Positions 19,316 to 30,593 of a stretch of 64,000 bases of DNA are shown one piece after another. The notes below the pieces were generated by a model, which was not told the DNA's origin, made no database searches, and saw only the letters and a program-made list of their open reading frames with translations. Source of the stretch: an uncultured delta proteobacterium (GTDB taxonomy: Bacteria > Desulfobacterota > RBG-13-43-22); the NCBI GenBank assembly GCA_963843145.1, contig CAWJJC010000020.1, forward strand, positions 288,001 through 352,000, read 5' to 3'. Both the position numbers and the translations under genes were made by a program. The stretch's first letter is position 1. Each line of letters begins with the position of its first letter.

Positions 19316-20905
19316 ATGCCGGAGACAAAAGCATTACGCGAAATAAAAGAACTCACGCTTCTTTTTGATATCAGCACCAAGTTGAGCGAGGCCCTCGACC
19401 TGCAGACGGTCCTGCAACCCATCCTCCAAATGACCACGGAGTACATGGGTCTCCTCCGGAGTTCCCTGACCATTCTGAACCGGAAGAAAGGGGAAATCGT
19501 CATTGAAGAGGCCTACGGCCTGCGGCCGGAAGAACAGGCCAAGGGCAAGTATCGCCGGGGAGAAGGGATCACCGGCAAGGTCTTCGAGACCGGACAACCG
19601 GCCATTATTCCCAGAATTTCCGAAGAGCCTCTCTTCCTCGACCGGACCGGTTCGAGAAGAAAACTAGATAAGAGGGACATCGCCTTTATCTGCGTCCCCA
19701 TAAAAATCGGAAGCGAGGTGATCGGGACCCTCTCGGCGGACCGTTTGTCCACTGAAAAAGAGGCCCTGGAAGAGGATGCCCGCCTTTTAGCCATCATTGC
19801 CTCCAGTATTTCCCAAGCCGTACGGTTGCGTCAACAAGCCCAGGAGGAACTCGAAAAGGTCAGGGAAGAAAATCAGCGTCTTCAGGAGGCGTTGAAGAGC
19901 CGGTATAAGCCGAAGACCATCGTGGGGAATTCCAAGGCCATGGAGACTGTCTATTCCCTCATCGAACAGGTCTGCCGGACCAACGCCACGGTGTTGATCC
20001 TCGGTGAAAGCGGGGTAGGGAAAGAGCGGGTGGCCCAGGCCATTCATTACAACTCCAACCGGGCCGATAAGCCTTTCATTAAAGTCAATTGTGCGGTACT
20101 TCCCGAATCGCTCGCGGAAAGCGAGCTATTCGGCCATGAGAAAGGGGCCTTCACCGGCGCGACCGGGGCGCGCCAGGGACGTTTTGAGCTGGCCCACCAG
20201 GGAACGATTTTTCTCGACGAGATCGGCGACCTGCCAACCTTGGTCCAGACCAAACTCTTGCGCGTCCTTCAGGAAAAGGAATTTGAGCGCATCGGCGGCA
20301 ACACCACCCTCAAGGTGGACGTACGCATCATTACCGCCACCAACCGGAATCTGGAAGAACTCATGGGAAAAGGGAAATTTCGAGAGGATCTCTATTACCG
20401 GCTAAGCACCTTTCCCATCATGGTCCCGCCCCTGCGACAACGAAAGACCGATATTATGCTCCTGGCCGACTACTTTCTCGAAAAATACGGAAAAGAGCAC
20501 GGAAAGAAAATAACCCGGATATCGACGACGGCCACCGATATGTTGATGAACTATCACTGGCCGGGTAATGTCCGGGAGTTGGAAAACTGCCTGGAACGGG
20601 CGACTATTTTATGCACCGACGGCGTTATTCACGGCTATCTTCTCCCGCCGAACCTGCAGCGGAGCGACTCGAACGGGGGCGGGGGGAACGGCGGTTCGTT
20701 CAAGGCGATGATCCACGGAATGGAAAAGGAAATCCTCGCTGAAGAATTGAAACGTTCCCGGGGCAACCTGGCCAAGGCCGCCCGGGCTCTGGGGATGACC
20801 GAGCGAATGATCGGGCTGCGCGTCGCCAAATACAGGATCGAGCCGTCGCAATTCAAATCAAAACCCTACCATTCGGTAGACTTTGATCCAAATTCCAACT
20901 TTTAG
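19316..20905 (+). CDS. sigma54-dependent activator GAF-AAA+-HTH (NifA/AnfA/VnfA family)
   Basis: GAF domain ([15 protein letters not shown]), [39 protein letters not shown]-terminal HTH; directly upstream of nifH. Confidence 0.9.
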   Translation: MPETKALREIKELTLLFDISTKLSEALDLQTVLQPILQMTTEYMGLLRSSLTILNRKKGEIVIEEAYGLRPEEQAKGKYRRGEGITGKVFETGQPAIIPRISEEPLFLDRTGSRRKLDKRDIAFICVPIKIGSEVIGTLSADRLSTEKEALEEDARLLAIIASSISQAVRLRQQAQEELEKVREENQRLQEALKSRYKPKTIVGNSKAMETVYSLIEQVCRTNATVLILGESGVGKERVAQAIHYNSNRADKPFIKVNCAVLPESLAESELFGHEKGAFTGATGARQGRFELAHQGTIFLDEIGDLPTLVQTKLLRVLQEKEFERIGGNTTLKVDVRIITATNRNLEELMGKGKFREDLYYRLSTFPIMVPPLRQRKTDIMLLADYFLEKYGKEHGKKITRISTTATDMLMNYHWPGNVRELENCLERATILCTDGVIHGYLLPPNLQRSDSNGGGGNGGSFKAMIHGMEKEILAEELKRSRGNLAKAARALGMTERMIGLRVAKYRIEPSQFKSKPYHSVDFDPNSNF

Positions 20906-20908
20906 GTA
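20867..20908. promoter_or_regulatory. candidate nifH enhancer pair overlapping the 3' end of the activator gene
   Basis: TACCATTCGGTA (20867) and AACTTTTAGGTA (20897), 30 bp apart like the other pairs. Confidence 0.5.
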
Positions 20909-21043
20909 GCTTTTATCTTGGCAACACCCCAGCCCTAAATGCTTCCCGGCCCGTTTCTTTTAAAAGAAGAATCCTCACATCCCCTTGGTTTTTAAACGGG
21001 TTTTCCCACTACCCTCATCACTAGCCCTCGCACCATTAACTGT

Positions 21044-21058
21044 TGGCATCTAACTTGC
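21044..21058 (+). promoter_or_regulatory. sigma54 -24/-12 promoter of nifH operon
   Basis: TGGCATCTAACTTGC, GG-N10-GC, 45 bp before the nifH ATG. Confidence 0.85.
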
Positions 21059-21081
21059 CTTATACCGTTACGACTGATTGA

Positions 21082-21927
<846 letters not shown>

Positions 21928-21964
21928 TAAGGCACAGAATGCTGTTACAGAAGGAGGAATAAAA

Positions 21965-22318
21965 ATGTTGATGATCAGAGCTATAGTCAGGCCGGAGCGA
22001 GTGGATACCGTTCTGGAACATTTGATGGCTGAAGGTTTCCCGGCCGTAACCCGGATGAGTGTTTCCGGCCGCGGCAAACAGCGGGGCATCAAGATAGGCG
22101 ACATTACCTACGATGAAATACCCAAGGAATTGTTGCTGATGGTGGTTCCGGAGGCCGATAAGGATCTAGTGATTAGAACCGTTTTAACGGCTGCCCGTAC
22201 CGGCGATAAGGGCGCCTTTGGTGACGGCAAAGTGTTCGTGTCGCCGGTAGATGAAGTGTACACCGTCAGCTCGGGAATCAAGGAGACGGCGGCGGGAGCG
22301 GAGGAGGTCAAGCTATGA
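21965..22318 (+). CDS. nifI1: nitrogenase switch-off PII protein NifI1
   Basis: PII fold with GRGKQRG...YDEIPK and GAFGDGKVFV; lies between nifH and nifD. Confidence 0.92.
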   Translation: MLMIRAIVRPERVDTVLEHLMAEGFPAVTRMSVSGRGKQRGIKIGDITYDEIPKELLLMVVPEADKDLVIRTVLTAARTGDKGAFGDGKVFVSPVDEVYTVSSGIKETAAGAEEVKL

Positions 22319-22695
22319 AAGAGGTCCTGGCCGTTATCCGGATGAATAAGGTCAACCAAACCAAAAAGGCTCTGGTCGAAGCCGGCATATCCTCCATGCA
22401 TGCCCGGGAATGCCTGGGCCGCGGCAAAGGCTTGGTGGACCTCGACCTGCTTAAAGGGGCGGAGCAGGGTTATGAAGAGGCCATCGCCCAACTCGGGAAC
22501 AGCCAGAGGCTGATTCCCAAGAGGATGATCTCGATCATTATCCCCGAGAAGCTGGTTGAAAAAACCGTTTCCACGATTGTCTCCGTGAATCGCACCAACA
22601 AGCCGGGGGACGGCAAGATCTTTGTCCTGCCTGTTTTCGATGTCATTCGCCTTCGGACCGGGGAGACCGGTGATGACGCCCTGGATGAAGGGTGA
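22315..22695 (+). CDS. nifI2: nitrogenase switch-off PII protein NifI2
   Basis: [40 protein letters not shown]. Confidence 0.92.
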   Translation: MKEVLAVIRMNKVNQTKKALVEAGISSMHARECLGRGKGLVDLDLLKGAEQGYEEAIAQLGNSQRLIPKRMISIIIPEKLVEKTVSTIVSVNRTNKPGDGKIFVLPVFDVIRLRTGETGDDALDEG

Positions 22696-22716
22696 AAGGG
22701 GTAAAGGAGAAAAGTT

Positions 22717-24369
22717 ATGAGCACAAACACAGAGACTGCCAAGGTCCTGGCCATTGATCCCTTAGAGGTCAAAAAGGAAATTCTTAAAAAATATCCGGTC
22801 AAGGTAGCCCGCAAACGGGCCCGACAGATCGTGATCAACCCAGTCGAGCCAGCCGAAGGAGTGCCGGAGATTCAGGCCAATACCCGGACCATTCCCGGGA
22901 TCCTGTCCATGCGGGGCTGCGCCTATGCCGGGTGCAAGGGGGTGGTCCTCGGTCCCACCCGGGACATCCTGCAGATTACCCACGGCCCTATCGGCTGTGG
23001 ATTTTACAGTTGGCTGACCCGTCGTAACCAGACCAGGCCGAAAACCCTAACCGATCCGAACTATATGCCTTATGCGTTGTCCACCGACATGCAGGAAGAA
23101 GAGATCATCTTCGGTGGTGAGAAGAAGCTGAAAAAGGCTGTCCAGGAGGCGATTGAACTCTTTCACCCCAAGGCCATCGGTATATTCTCCACCTGTCCCG
23201 TGGGACTCATCGGCGACGATGTGCACGCCGTGGCCCGGGAGATGGAAGAAAAATATCCCGGCGTCAATATTTTCGGCTTCAGTTGTGAAGGCTATAAAGG
23301 GGTGAGCCAGTCGGCCGGCCATCATATCGCCAACAATAAAGTCTTCACCGACGTGGTGGGTCAGCTCGAAGCCCCGAAGGAGGGGGCCTTCCGGCTTAAT
23401 ATCCTGGGCGAGTATAACATCGGAGGCGACGCCTTTGAGATCGAGCGGATCACCGAAAAATGCGGCCTCACCGTCCACTCCACCTTCAGCGGTAATTCGG
23501 AATATGACGAATTCGCCAGCGCCCATACGGCCGACCTGAACGTGGTCATGTGCCATCGGTCCATCAATTACCTGGCTGAGATGATGGAGAAGCGCTACGG
23601 CATCCCCTGGTTCAAGATCAATTTCGTAGGGGCCCAGGCCACGGCCAAATCCCTGCGCAAAATCGCCGCCTATTTCGGTGACCGGACCCTGATGGAAAGG
23701 GTGGAGACGGTTATCGCCGAAGAGCTGCCCGAGGTGGAGAAGGTTCGTCTGGAGGTCAAGGCCCGCTGTGAAGGGAAACTGGCCATGCTCTTCGTCGGCG
23801 GCTCCCGGGCCCATCACTATCAGGAGCTTTTCGAGGAGATCGGCATGCGGACCGTTTCGGCGGGATACGAATTCGCCCACCGGGATGATTATGAAGGCCG
23901 GAAGGTCATCCCCCATATTACCGTCGATGCCGATACCCGTAATATCGAAGAATTAACCGTCGGGCCCGATGCTGCCCGCTTCCGGCCCCGTAAAGGGGCG
24001 GATGAGATCGATAGGCTTCGTCAGGAGGGCATCCGGTTTAATGAGTATGAGGGGATGATGCCGCTCATGGCCGACAACAGCCTGGTGATCGATGACCTGA
24101 ACCATTACGAAACCGAAGTGCTCATTGAGAAATACAAACCGGATATTTTCTGCGCCGGTATCAAAGAAAAATATGTCGTTCAGAAGGCCGGCATTCCACT
24201 TAAACAGCTCCACAGCTACGATTACAGCGGGCCTTATGCCGGTTTCCAGGGGGCCATCAATTTTTATCGGGAAATGGATCGAATGGTCAACTCCAAGGTT
24301 TTTCGATTGGTCAAGGCCCCCTGGCAGGAAAACCCCGAGCTGGCCGGCTCCTACGGATGGAATGGATAA
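22717..24369 (+). CDS. nifD: nitrogenase MoFe protein alpha chain (anaerobe type, with internal insertion)
   Basis: RGCAYAGCKGVV, HGPIGC, GVSQSAGHHIAN, CHRS (FeMoco Cys), GYEFAH, HSYDYSGPY (FeMoco His). Confidence 0.97.
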   Translation: MSTNTETAKVLAIDPLEVKKEILKKYPVKVARKRARQIVINPVEPAEGVPEIQANTRTIPGILSMRGCAYAGCKGVVLGPTRDILQITHGPIGCGFYSWLTRRNQTRPKTLTDPNYMPYALSTDMQEEEIIFGGEKKLKKAVQEAIELFHPKAIGIFSTCPVGLIGDDVHAVAREMEEKYPGVNIFGFSCEGYKGVSQSAGHHIANNKVFTDVVGQLEAPKEGAFRLNILGEYNIGGDAFEIERITEKCGLTVHSTFSGNSEYDEFASAHTADLNVVMCHRSINYLAEMMEKRYGIPWFKINFVGAQATAKSLRKIAAYFGDRTLMERVETVIAEELPEVEKVRLEVKARCEGKLAMLFVGGSRAHHYQELFEEIGMRTVSAGYEFAHRDDYEGRKVIPHITVDADTRNIEELTVGPDAARFRPRKGADEIDRLRQEGIRFNEYEGMMPLMADNSLVIDDLNHYETEVLIEKYKPDIFCAGIKEKYVVQKAGIPLKQLHSYDYSGPYAGFQGAINFYREMDRMVNSKVFRLVKAPWQENPELAGSYGWNG

Positions 24370-24384
24370 GGAAAGGAGAACGTT

Positions 24385-25761
24385 ATGCTGTTAAGACATA
24401 CACCGGAGGCGGTGACGGAGCGAACGGCCCTGACCGTCAACCCGGCCAAGACCTGTCAACCCGTAGGGGCCATGTACGCGGCCCTGGGTATCCATAATTG
24501 CCTTCCCCACAGTCATGGTTCGCAGGGGTGCTGTGCCTACCACCGCAGTGCCCTGACCCGGCACTATAAGGACCCCATCATGGCTACGACCAGTTCCTTC
24601 ACCGAAGGGGCCTCCGTCTTCGGCGGACAGGCCAATCTGGTGGAATCGATCAATAATATCTTTACTATCTATAACCCTGAGGTGATTGCCGTCAATACCA
24701 CCTGCCTGTCGGAGGTCATCGGCGACGATCTGCCCCAGATCATCAATAAGGCCCGGGCCGACGGCAAGATACCGTTGGGCAAAACGGTCATCCACGCCAA
24801 CACTCCCAGTTTCAAGGGGTCTCATGTGACCGGGTTTGCCAATATGACTTCGGCCATGGTCCAGTATCTATCGGAACAGTCGGGGAAACGAAGCCAGCAG
24901 ATCAACATCATTCCCGGCTACGTGGAGCCTTCCGATATGGCTGAGATCAGACGGATCGCCACGGAAATGGGTGTTAAAGCCACTCTATTTCCCGATACTT
25001 CCGGAGTGGTGAACAGTCCTTTGGACGGCAAGTTCCACCTCTATCCCAAGGGTGGCGCCACCACGGAAGAGATCAAAAGCGCCGGTGACGGTTCTTTTAC
25101 GCTGGCCTTGGGAAGGACCGCTTCGCTCCCGGCAGCCAAACTCCTGGATACGAAGTGCAAGGTCCCCTTTGAGTGCCTTGACCTACCGATCGGGCTGCGG
25201 GCCACCGATAGCTTTGTCGATCTATTGAGGAAAACGGCCGGGGTCAACGTACCGGAGAGCCTCATGGTGGAGCGGGGCCAGGTGGTAGATGTGCTGACCG
25301 ATATGCACCAATATTTCTACCGAAAAAAAGCGGCCCTGATCGGTGACCCGGACCACCTGATATCGCTGGCTCAATTTCTGACCGATTTGGATATGGACGT
25401 GCGTCTCATCGTCACAGGAACACCGGCCGGGCCGAAGTTTGTCCGCCGCCTTCGGGAGTTCGTCGGCGAGGATACGGTGGTCAAAGAGGGTCTGGGTGTG
25501 GATATGTTTCAGTTCCATCAACTCGTCAAAAAGGAGAGACCGGACCTCCTCTTCGGTAATACCTATGTCAAGTATATAGCCCGGGATGAAGACATCCCCC
25601 TGGTCCGCTTCGGCTTCCCCATCTACGACCGGGTGGGGCACCAGTATTTTCCGATTACCGGATACCGTGGGGCCCTGCGGCTCCTGGAAAAGATACTCAA
25701 TGCCCTCCTGGACAGGCAGGATCGCGATGCCCCGGAGGAAAGCTTTGAATTGGTGATGTGA
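24385..25761 (+). CDS. nifK: nitrogenase MoFe protein beta chain
   Basis: NPAKTCQPVGA, HGSQGCC, TTCLSEVIGDD, TPSFKGSHVTGF. Confidence 0.97.
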   Translation: MLLRHTPEAVTERTALTVNPAKTCQPVGAMYAALGIHNCLPHSHGSQGCCAYHRSALTRHYKDPIMATTSSFTEGASVFGGQANLVESINNIFTIYNPEVIAVNTTCLSEVIGDDLPQIINKARADGKIPLGKTVIHANTPSFKGSHVTGFANMTSAMVQYLSEQSGKRSQQINIIPGYVEPSDMAEIRRIATEMGVKATLFPDTSGVVNSPLDGKFHLYPKGGATTEEIKSAGDGSFTLALGRTASLPAAKLLDTKCKVPFECLDLPIGLRATDSFVDLLRKTAGVNVPESLMVERGQVVDVLTDMHQYFYRKKAALIGDPDHLISLAQFLTDLDMDVRLIVTGTPAGPKFVRRLREFVGEDTVVKEGLGVDMFQFHQLVKKERPDLLFGNTYVKYIARDEDIPLVRFGFPIYDRVGHQYFPITGYRGALRLLEKILNALLDRQDRDAPEESFELVM

Positions 25762-25806
25762 AAAAAAGACCCGAAGCACAAGGATTGAGGATAAAGGGAA
25801 AAAGAA

Positions 25807-27216
25807 ATGATTGAGATTCTTAAGGAAAGAAAAAACCAGGTTTTTCAAAAAGGGGCGGAAGAGGCAGACCGGAGCATTGTCTGTGAAAAGGCCAGTCTGG
25901 CCGGCTCCGTGAGCCAGCGGGCCTGCGTCTTTTGCGGCTCCCGGGTGGTCCTTTATCCCATAGCCGACGCCCTTCACCTGGTCCATGGCCCGGTGGGTTG
26001 CGCGGCCTATACCTGGGACATCCGGGGCTCCCTTTCCTCCGGCCCGGAACTCCATCGGTTGAGTTTTTCCACGGACCTCCGGGAGGAAGAAGTCATTTAC
26101 GGCGGGGAGAAGAAGCTGTCTGCCGCCCTGACGGAACTGATCACGACCTATGCCCCTAAGGCGGCTTTCGTCTATGCCACCTGTATCATTGGCCTGATCG
26201 GCGACGACGTCCAGGCGGTCTGTAAAAGGGTGCAGGCAGAGCAGGGTATTCCGGTCATTCCGGTACATTCGGAAGGGTTCCGAGGGACCAAAAAAGACGG
26301 CTACCGGGCCGCCTGTGAGGCCCTCTTCCGACTGGTCGGCGAAGGCGGTGAGCAGCCCAGGCTGCCTCTGAGCATCAACATCCTGGGGGATTTTAACCTG
26401 GCCGGAGAGACCTGGCTGATTAAAGAATATTACCGGCAGATGGGGATACAGGTCATCTCCTGTATCACCGGGGACGGCCGAGTGGATGAAATACGGGCCT
26501 CCCATCGGGCTGGTCTCAACGTGGTCCAGTGTTCCGGGTCCATGACCCAACTGGCCAAGATGATGGAAGAGACGTACGGCATTCCCTTCAAGAGGGTCTC
26601 CTATTTCGGCATCGAGGATACGGCCGAGGCCCTCTACAGCGTGGCCCGTCATTTTAACGATTCTACGGTAATGAAAAAGACGGAAGAGCTGGTCAGGACC
26701 GAGGTCAACCGCATCTATCCCGAGGTGGAGCGGACCCGAAAGGCCCTGGAAGGGAAGCGGGCGGCCATTTATGTGGGCGGTTCTTTCAAAGCCTTTTCCT
26801 TAGTTAAGGCCCTGCGCCACTTGGGCATCCAAACGGCCATTGTCGGCTCCCAGACCGGCAACTCGGAAGATTATGAGTATCTGAAGGAAATATGTGACGA
26901 AGGCACCATCATCGTCGATGATACCAACCCGTTGGAATTGTCGCGGTTCATGATGGAAAAAGAGGCCGATCTGCTGATCGGCGGTGTCAAGGAAAGGCCT
27001 ATCGCTTATAAAATGGGGGTGGCCTTCTGCGACCATAACCATGAACGAAAGACACCCCTGGCCGGGTTTGAGGGCATGGTTCATTTTTGCAGGGAAGTCT
27101 ATGCCTCCATGATGAGCCCGGTCTGGCAATTTTCTCCGGCCCGGCAAAAACGGTCATCCCTTAGGAAGGTGGAAAATGATAGCCTTGAAAGAAACAAACG
27201 AGTCATCCTATCCTGA
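25807..27216 (+). CDS. nifE: FeMo-co scaffold NifE
   Basis: SQRACVFCGSRVV, HGPVGCAAYTWDIRGS, NVVQCSGS. Confidence 0.95.
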   Translation: MIEILKERKNQVFQKGAEEADRSIVCEKASLAGSVSQRACVFCGSRVVLYPIADALHLVHGPVGCAAYTWDIRGSLSSGPELHRLSFSTDLREEEVIYGGEKKLSAALTELITTYAPKAAFVYATCIIGLIGDDVQAVCKRVQAEQGIPVIPVHSEGFRGTKKDGYRAACEALFRLVGEGGEQPRLPLSINILGDFNLAGETWLIKEYYRQMGIQVISCITGDGRVDEIRASHRAGLNVVQCSGSMTQLAKMMEETYGIPFKRVSYFGIEDTAEALYSVARHFNDSTVMKKTEELVRTEVNRIYPEVERTRKALEGKRAAIYVGGSFKAFSLVKALRHLGIQTAIVGSQTGNSEDYEYLKEICDEGTIIVDDTNPLELSRFMMEKEADLLIGGVKERPIAYKMGVAFCDHNHERKTPLAGFEGMVHFCREVYASMMSPVWQFSPARQKRSSLRKVENDSLERNKRVILS

Positions 27217-28567
27217 GTTAACCTCCAGGAACTTTACGGCCACGCGGAACGCCTGCAAACTCTGCGCGCCTTTGGGGGCCGGCATCGCCTTCCGAGGCAT
27301 CGAGGGCTGCATCCCCTTGATCCATGGCTCCCAGGGCTGCTCCACCTATATTCGGCGGTATGTCATCAGCCATTTTAAGGAGCCGATTGATATCGCCTCT
27401 TCCAACTTCAGCGAGCAGAGCGCCATATTCGGCGGTGGCGATAATCTGAAGAAAGCCCTGGACAACCTCATTCGGCAATATCGCCCCGAAGCCATTGGGA
27501 TCGCCACGACCTGCCTCTCGGAGACGATCGGGGATGACGTCGGTCTTTATCTCAACGAGTACGTCAAAGAGAAAAAGGACCAAGACCTCCCAGTCCTCAT
27601 CCATGCCGCTACCCCCAGTTATCGGGGGACTCACCTGGAGGGTTTTCAGGAGGCCGTGCGGGCCACCGTCAAGGCCCTGGCCGCCGGCGGACCCCGGGGC
27701 AAAAATATCAATATCCTGCCCGGTTTTCTCTCGGCCGAGGATCTGCGCCATCTCAAAGAGATCCTGGGTGATTTCGGCCTGGCTTATACCCTGCTTCCGG
27801 ATTACTCGGAGACCCTGGACGGAGAATCGTGGGCCGAATACCAGAAGCTTTCCGCAGGCGGTACGCCGATTAAGGCCATCAGAGATATGGGCCGGGCCCA
27901 GGCCACAATCGAATTCGGTAAAAGCCTTAAGGGGCTTAAAACCGGAGCGGCCTTTTTGGAAGAAAAATTTAAAGTGCCGGCCATGACCCTGGGGATCCCA
28001 ATGGGCATCAGGGAGACGGATATATTTATGAAGACCCTTCAGGAAGTGTCCGGGGCGACCCTGCCCCAAAAATACGAAAAAGAACGGGGCCGTTTGATCG
28101 ACGCCTATATTGACGGACATAAGTATGTCTTCGGCAAACGGGCGGTGGTTTATGGAGAAGCGGATTTTGTGGCGGCCATGACCTCCTGGCTGGATGAGAT
28201 CGGGATCATTCCGGTCTTGTGCGCCACCGGGGCCTGCACCGGGAAATTTAAAGAGACCATTTTGTCCGGTCTCGGTGACGGCCGGGAAGAACCCATGATT
28301 TGTGAAGATACCGATTTTGCCACCATGCTGGAAACGTGCCAAGGCCTGGGGGTCGATTTCGTCCTGGGTCACAGTAAGGGCTATTTCCTGTCCAGAAAAC
28401 TGGGGGTTCCTTTGGTCCGGGTGGGGTTCCCCATCCATGACCGGATCGGCGGTCAGCGCCTTCTTCATGTGGGCTACCGGGGAACCCAGCAGCTCTTCGA
28501 CCGGGTGGTCAATGCCCTGATTGAAACGAGTCAAGAACGATCCGCGGTGGGATACAGTTACATTTGA
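27176..28567 (+). CDS. nifN: FeMo-co scaffold NifN
   Basis: NACKLCAPLG, HGSQGCSTY, TTCLSETIGDD, GFPIHDR; lies between nifE and nifB. Confidence 0.93.
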   Translation: MIALKETNESSYPELTSRNFTATRNACKLCAPLGAGIAFRGIEGCIPLIHGSQGCSTYIRRYVISHFKEPIDIASSNFSEQSAIFGGGDNLKKALDNLIRQYRPEAIGIATTCLSETIGDDVGLYLNEYVKEKKDQDLPVLIHAATPSYRGTHLEGFQEAVRATVKALAAGGPRGKNINILPGFLSAEDLRHLKEILGDFGLAYTLLPDYSETLDGESWAEYQKLSAGGTPIKAIRDMGRAQATIEFGKSLKGLKTGAAFLEEKFKVPAMTLGIPMGIRETDIFMKTLQEVSGATLPQKYEKERGRLIDAYIDGHKYVFGKRAVVYGEADFVAAMTSWLDEIGIIPVLCATGACTGKFKETILSGLGDGREEPMICEDTDFATMLETCQGLGVDFVLGHSKGYFLSRKLGVPLVRVGFPIHDRIGGQRLLHVGYRGTQQLFDRVVNALIETSQERSAVGYSYI

Positions 28568-28578
28568 TGGAGGTGCTT

Positions 28579-29838
28579 ATGAATCTCGAACATCATCCCT
28601 GTTTCAGCGAAGGGGCCAAGCATAAATATGGAAGGATCCATCTGCCGGTGGCGCCAAAATGCAATATGCAGTGCAATTATTGCAACCGGGATTTTGAATG
28701 CGTCAATGAATCCCGGCCCGGCGTGACCCGGACCGTTCTTACTCCCCGGCAGGCGGCCGATTATCTGGACGCGGTTTTAGCAAAGATCGAAAACATCGCC
28801 GTCGTCGGTATTGCCGGACCCGGTGATCCCTTCGCCAACGGGAAGGAGACCGTCGAGACCCTGCGGTTGGTGCGGGAAAGACATCCGGAGATGATGCTCT
28901 GTCTGGCCACCAATGGGCTGGCCCTGGCCGACTACATTGACGATCTGGAAACATTAAAGATCAGCCACGTAACGGTCACGGTCAATGCCGTGGACCCGGA
29001 AATCAGCCGTCCTATCTACGACTGGGCCAGGGTAAACCAGAAGATGTACCGGGGCTTGGATGCCGCTCGGATCATCCTGGAAAAACAGCTTGAGGGTATA
29101 AAACTCCTCAAGGACAGGGGGATCGTGGTGAAGATCAACACGGTGATCATCCCCGGCATTAACGACGGCCATGTCGAGGCCATCGCCCGAACCATGGCGG
29201 ACTTGAAAGCCGATATCATGAATGGCATACCCCTTTACCATGTAGCCGGGACTCCTTTTGCGGACAAAAAATCTCCGTCAGTAGCCGAAATGACGGCCAT
29301 CAAAGAAAAAATTAAACGCTTTCTGCCGCTGATGGGACACTGCAACCGTTGCCGGGCCGACGCCGCCGGGCTGATCGGACAGCCCCAGGCCAAGGAAGTA
29401 ATGGAGTTGCTGAAAAAGGCTGCGGAACCCAAGGTGGCGGCCGATCGGCCCTATGTGGCGGTGGCCAGCAGGGAAGGCATCTTCATCAATCAGCATCTCG
29501 GTGAAGCAACGGAACTGTGGATATTCGGAATTCGGAACGGAAAGATGGAACTGCTGGAGCGGCGTTTTACGCCTTCCTCGGGAAGCGGCCCCGAGCGTTG
29601 GGCGGAGATGGTCAAGGTGCTACACGATTGCAATTCCGTCCTGGTCAGCGGTATCGGGTCTTCCCCCCAACAGGTCCTGGAACAGGCGGATATCCGGGTA
29701 GTGGTGATGGAAGGGCTGGCCGCTGAAGGGGTGGAGGCGGCGCTGTTGGGTAAAGAGATACCCAAAATACTCCTGCGCACACCGGGGCGCTGCGGCATTG
29801 GTCAGCAGTGCAGCGGGACCGGCACCGGGTGCGGATGA
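28579..29838 (+). CDS. nifB: FeMo-co biosynthesis radical SAM protein NifB with C-terminal NifX-like domain
   Basis: HPCF...RIHLPVAPKCNMQCNYC, ESRPG, GIAGPGD, HCNRCRADA, INQHLGEA. Confidence 0.96.
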   Translation: MNLEHHPCFSEGAKHKYGRIHLPVAPKCNMQCNYCNRDFECVNESRPGVTRTVLTPRQAADYLDAVLAKIENIAVVGIAGPGDPFANGKETVETLRLVRERHPEMMLCLATNGLALADYIDDLETLKISHVTVTVNAVDPEISRPIYDWARVNQKMYRGLDAARIILEKQLEGIKLLKDRGIVVKINTVIIPGINDGHVEAIARTMADLKADIMNGIPLYHVAGTPFADKKSPSVAEMTAIKEKIKRFLPLMGHCNRCRADAAGLIGQPQAKEVMELLKKAAEPKVAADRPYVAVASREGIFINQHLGEATELWIFGIRNGKMELLERRFTPSSGSGPERWAEMVKVLHDCNSVLVSGIGSSPQQVLEQADIRVVVMEGLAAEGVEAALLGKEIPKILLRTPGRCGIGQQCSGTGTGCG

Positions 29839-29959
29839 GAAGCAGCACGTTGTGTGTTACGCGTTCGGTGTCCGGCGAAAACAACCTCATCTACTTCGGG
29901 GGTGATAGACGAAGCCTGAAAGGTAACGATTGGAGCCAGTCAAAAGAACGGAGGGAAGA

Positions 29960-30268
29960 ATGAAAAAACCTAAGCATCATATCTTTGTCTGCGGGAGTTT
30001 TCGGGCCGGCGGCGCCCCTCAGGGGGTCTGCCACAAAAAGAATTCCATGGATCTGCTTCAGTACCTGGAACAGGAACTCTCGGACCGTGGTTTAACCGAC
30101 GTGGTGGTTTCCAGCACCGGCTGTCTCAAGATCTGTGATACGGGACCTTCCCTGGTCGTCTATCCGGAGAACTGGTGGTACGGCCGGGTCGAAACCGAAT
30201 CGGCCATTGATGAGATCATCGAGGCGCTGGAAGAAGGAAAGCCGGCTCGGACATACTTGATCGGGTGA
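29960..30268 (+). CDS. thioredoxin-like 2Fe-2S ferredoxin (nif-associated)
   Basis: HIFVCGSFR...GVC...STGCLKIC..GP.LVVYPENWWYG. Confidence 0.9.
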   Translation: MKKPKHHIFVCGSFRAGGAPQGVCHKKNSMDLLQYLEQELSDRGLTDVVVSSTGCLKICDTGPSLVVYPENWWYGRVETESAIDEIIEALEEGKPARTYLIG

Positions 30269-30311
30269 TTACCCTTTTCGTCATTCCTGGCCAACAGGGT
30301 GGACGGACCGC

Positions 30312-30593
30312 ATGAAGACGATCACGAATTTTATTCAAGCACGAATACGGTTTGACCGCAATGAACGCTCCGGGGCCTTCGGGGACATCGGCACCGACCT
30401 GCCCCTGATCATCGGGATGAGGGATATGGCCCCATCCAAAAACAATTTTGTAATAACGGTCCTGGTAGCCCTGGCCGCCGTCTGTCTTCCCTATGGCTAC
30501 CTCATTGGAATGGCCGCTGGAACGGCCCTTTATTATATCCAGGAAAAAAGGAAAAGATTTTTTTTCACTCCGCCCGGGAGGGCGAGAAGATGA
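30312..30593 (+). pseudogene. MOT1-like sulfate/molybdate transporter with central deletion
   Basis: N-terminal RFDRNERSGAFGDIGTDLPLIIGM fused to C-terminal-like LPYGYLIGMAAGTALYY; only 93 aa. Confidence 0.65.

Noticed and set aside
20919-20933. Second sigma54 promoter before nifH (TGGCAACACCCCAGC)
   Set aside because: Poor -12 context and too close to the enhancer boxes; 21044 is a much better match.
22717-25761. Alternative (V or Fe-only) nitrogenase, suggested by the AnfA-like boxes
   Set aside because: No vnfG/anfG between D and K, NifD has Mo-type YEFAH and HSYDYSGPY motifs, and nifEN are present.
25222-28534. Long antisense ORFs (476 and 438 aa) and similar shadow ORFs elsewhere
   Set aside because: They mirror nifK/E/N and other real genes; typical of GC-rich codon bias, with no motifs.
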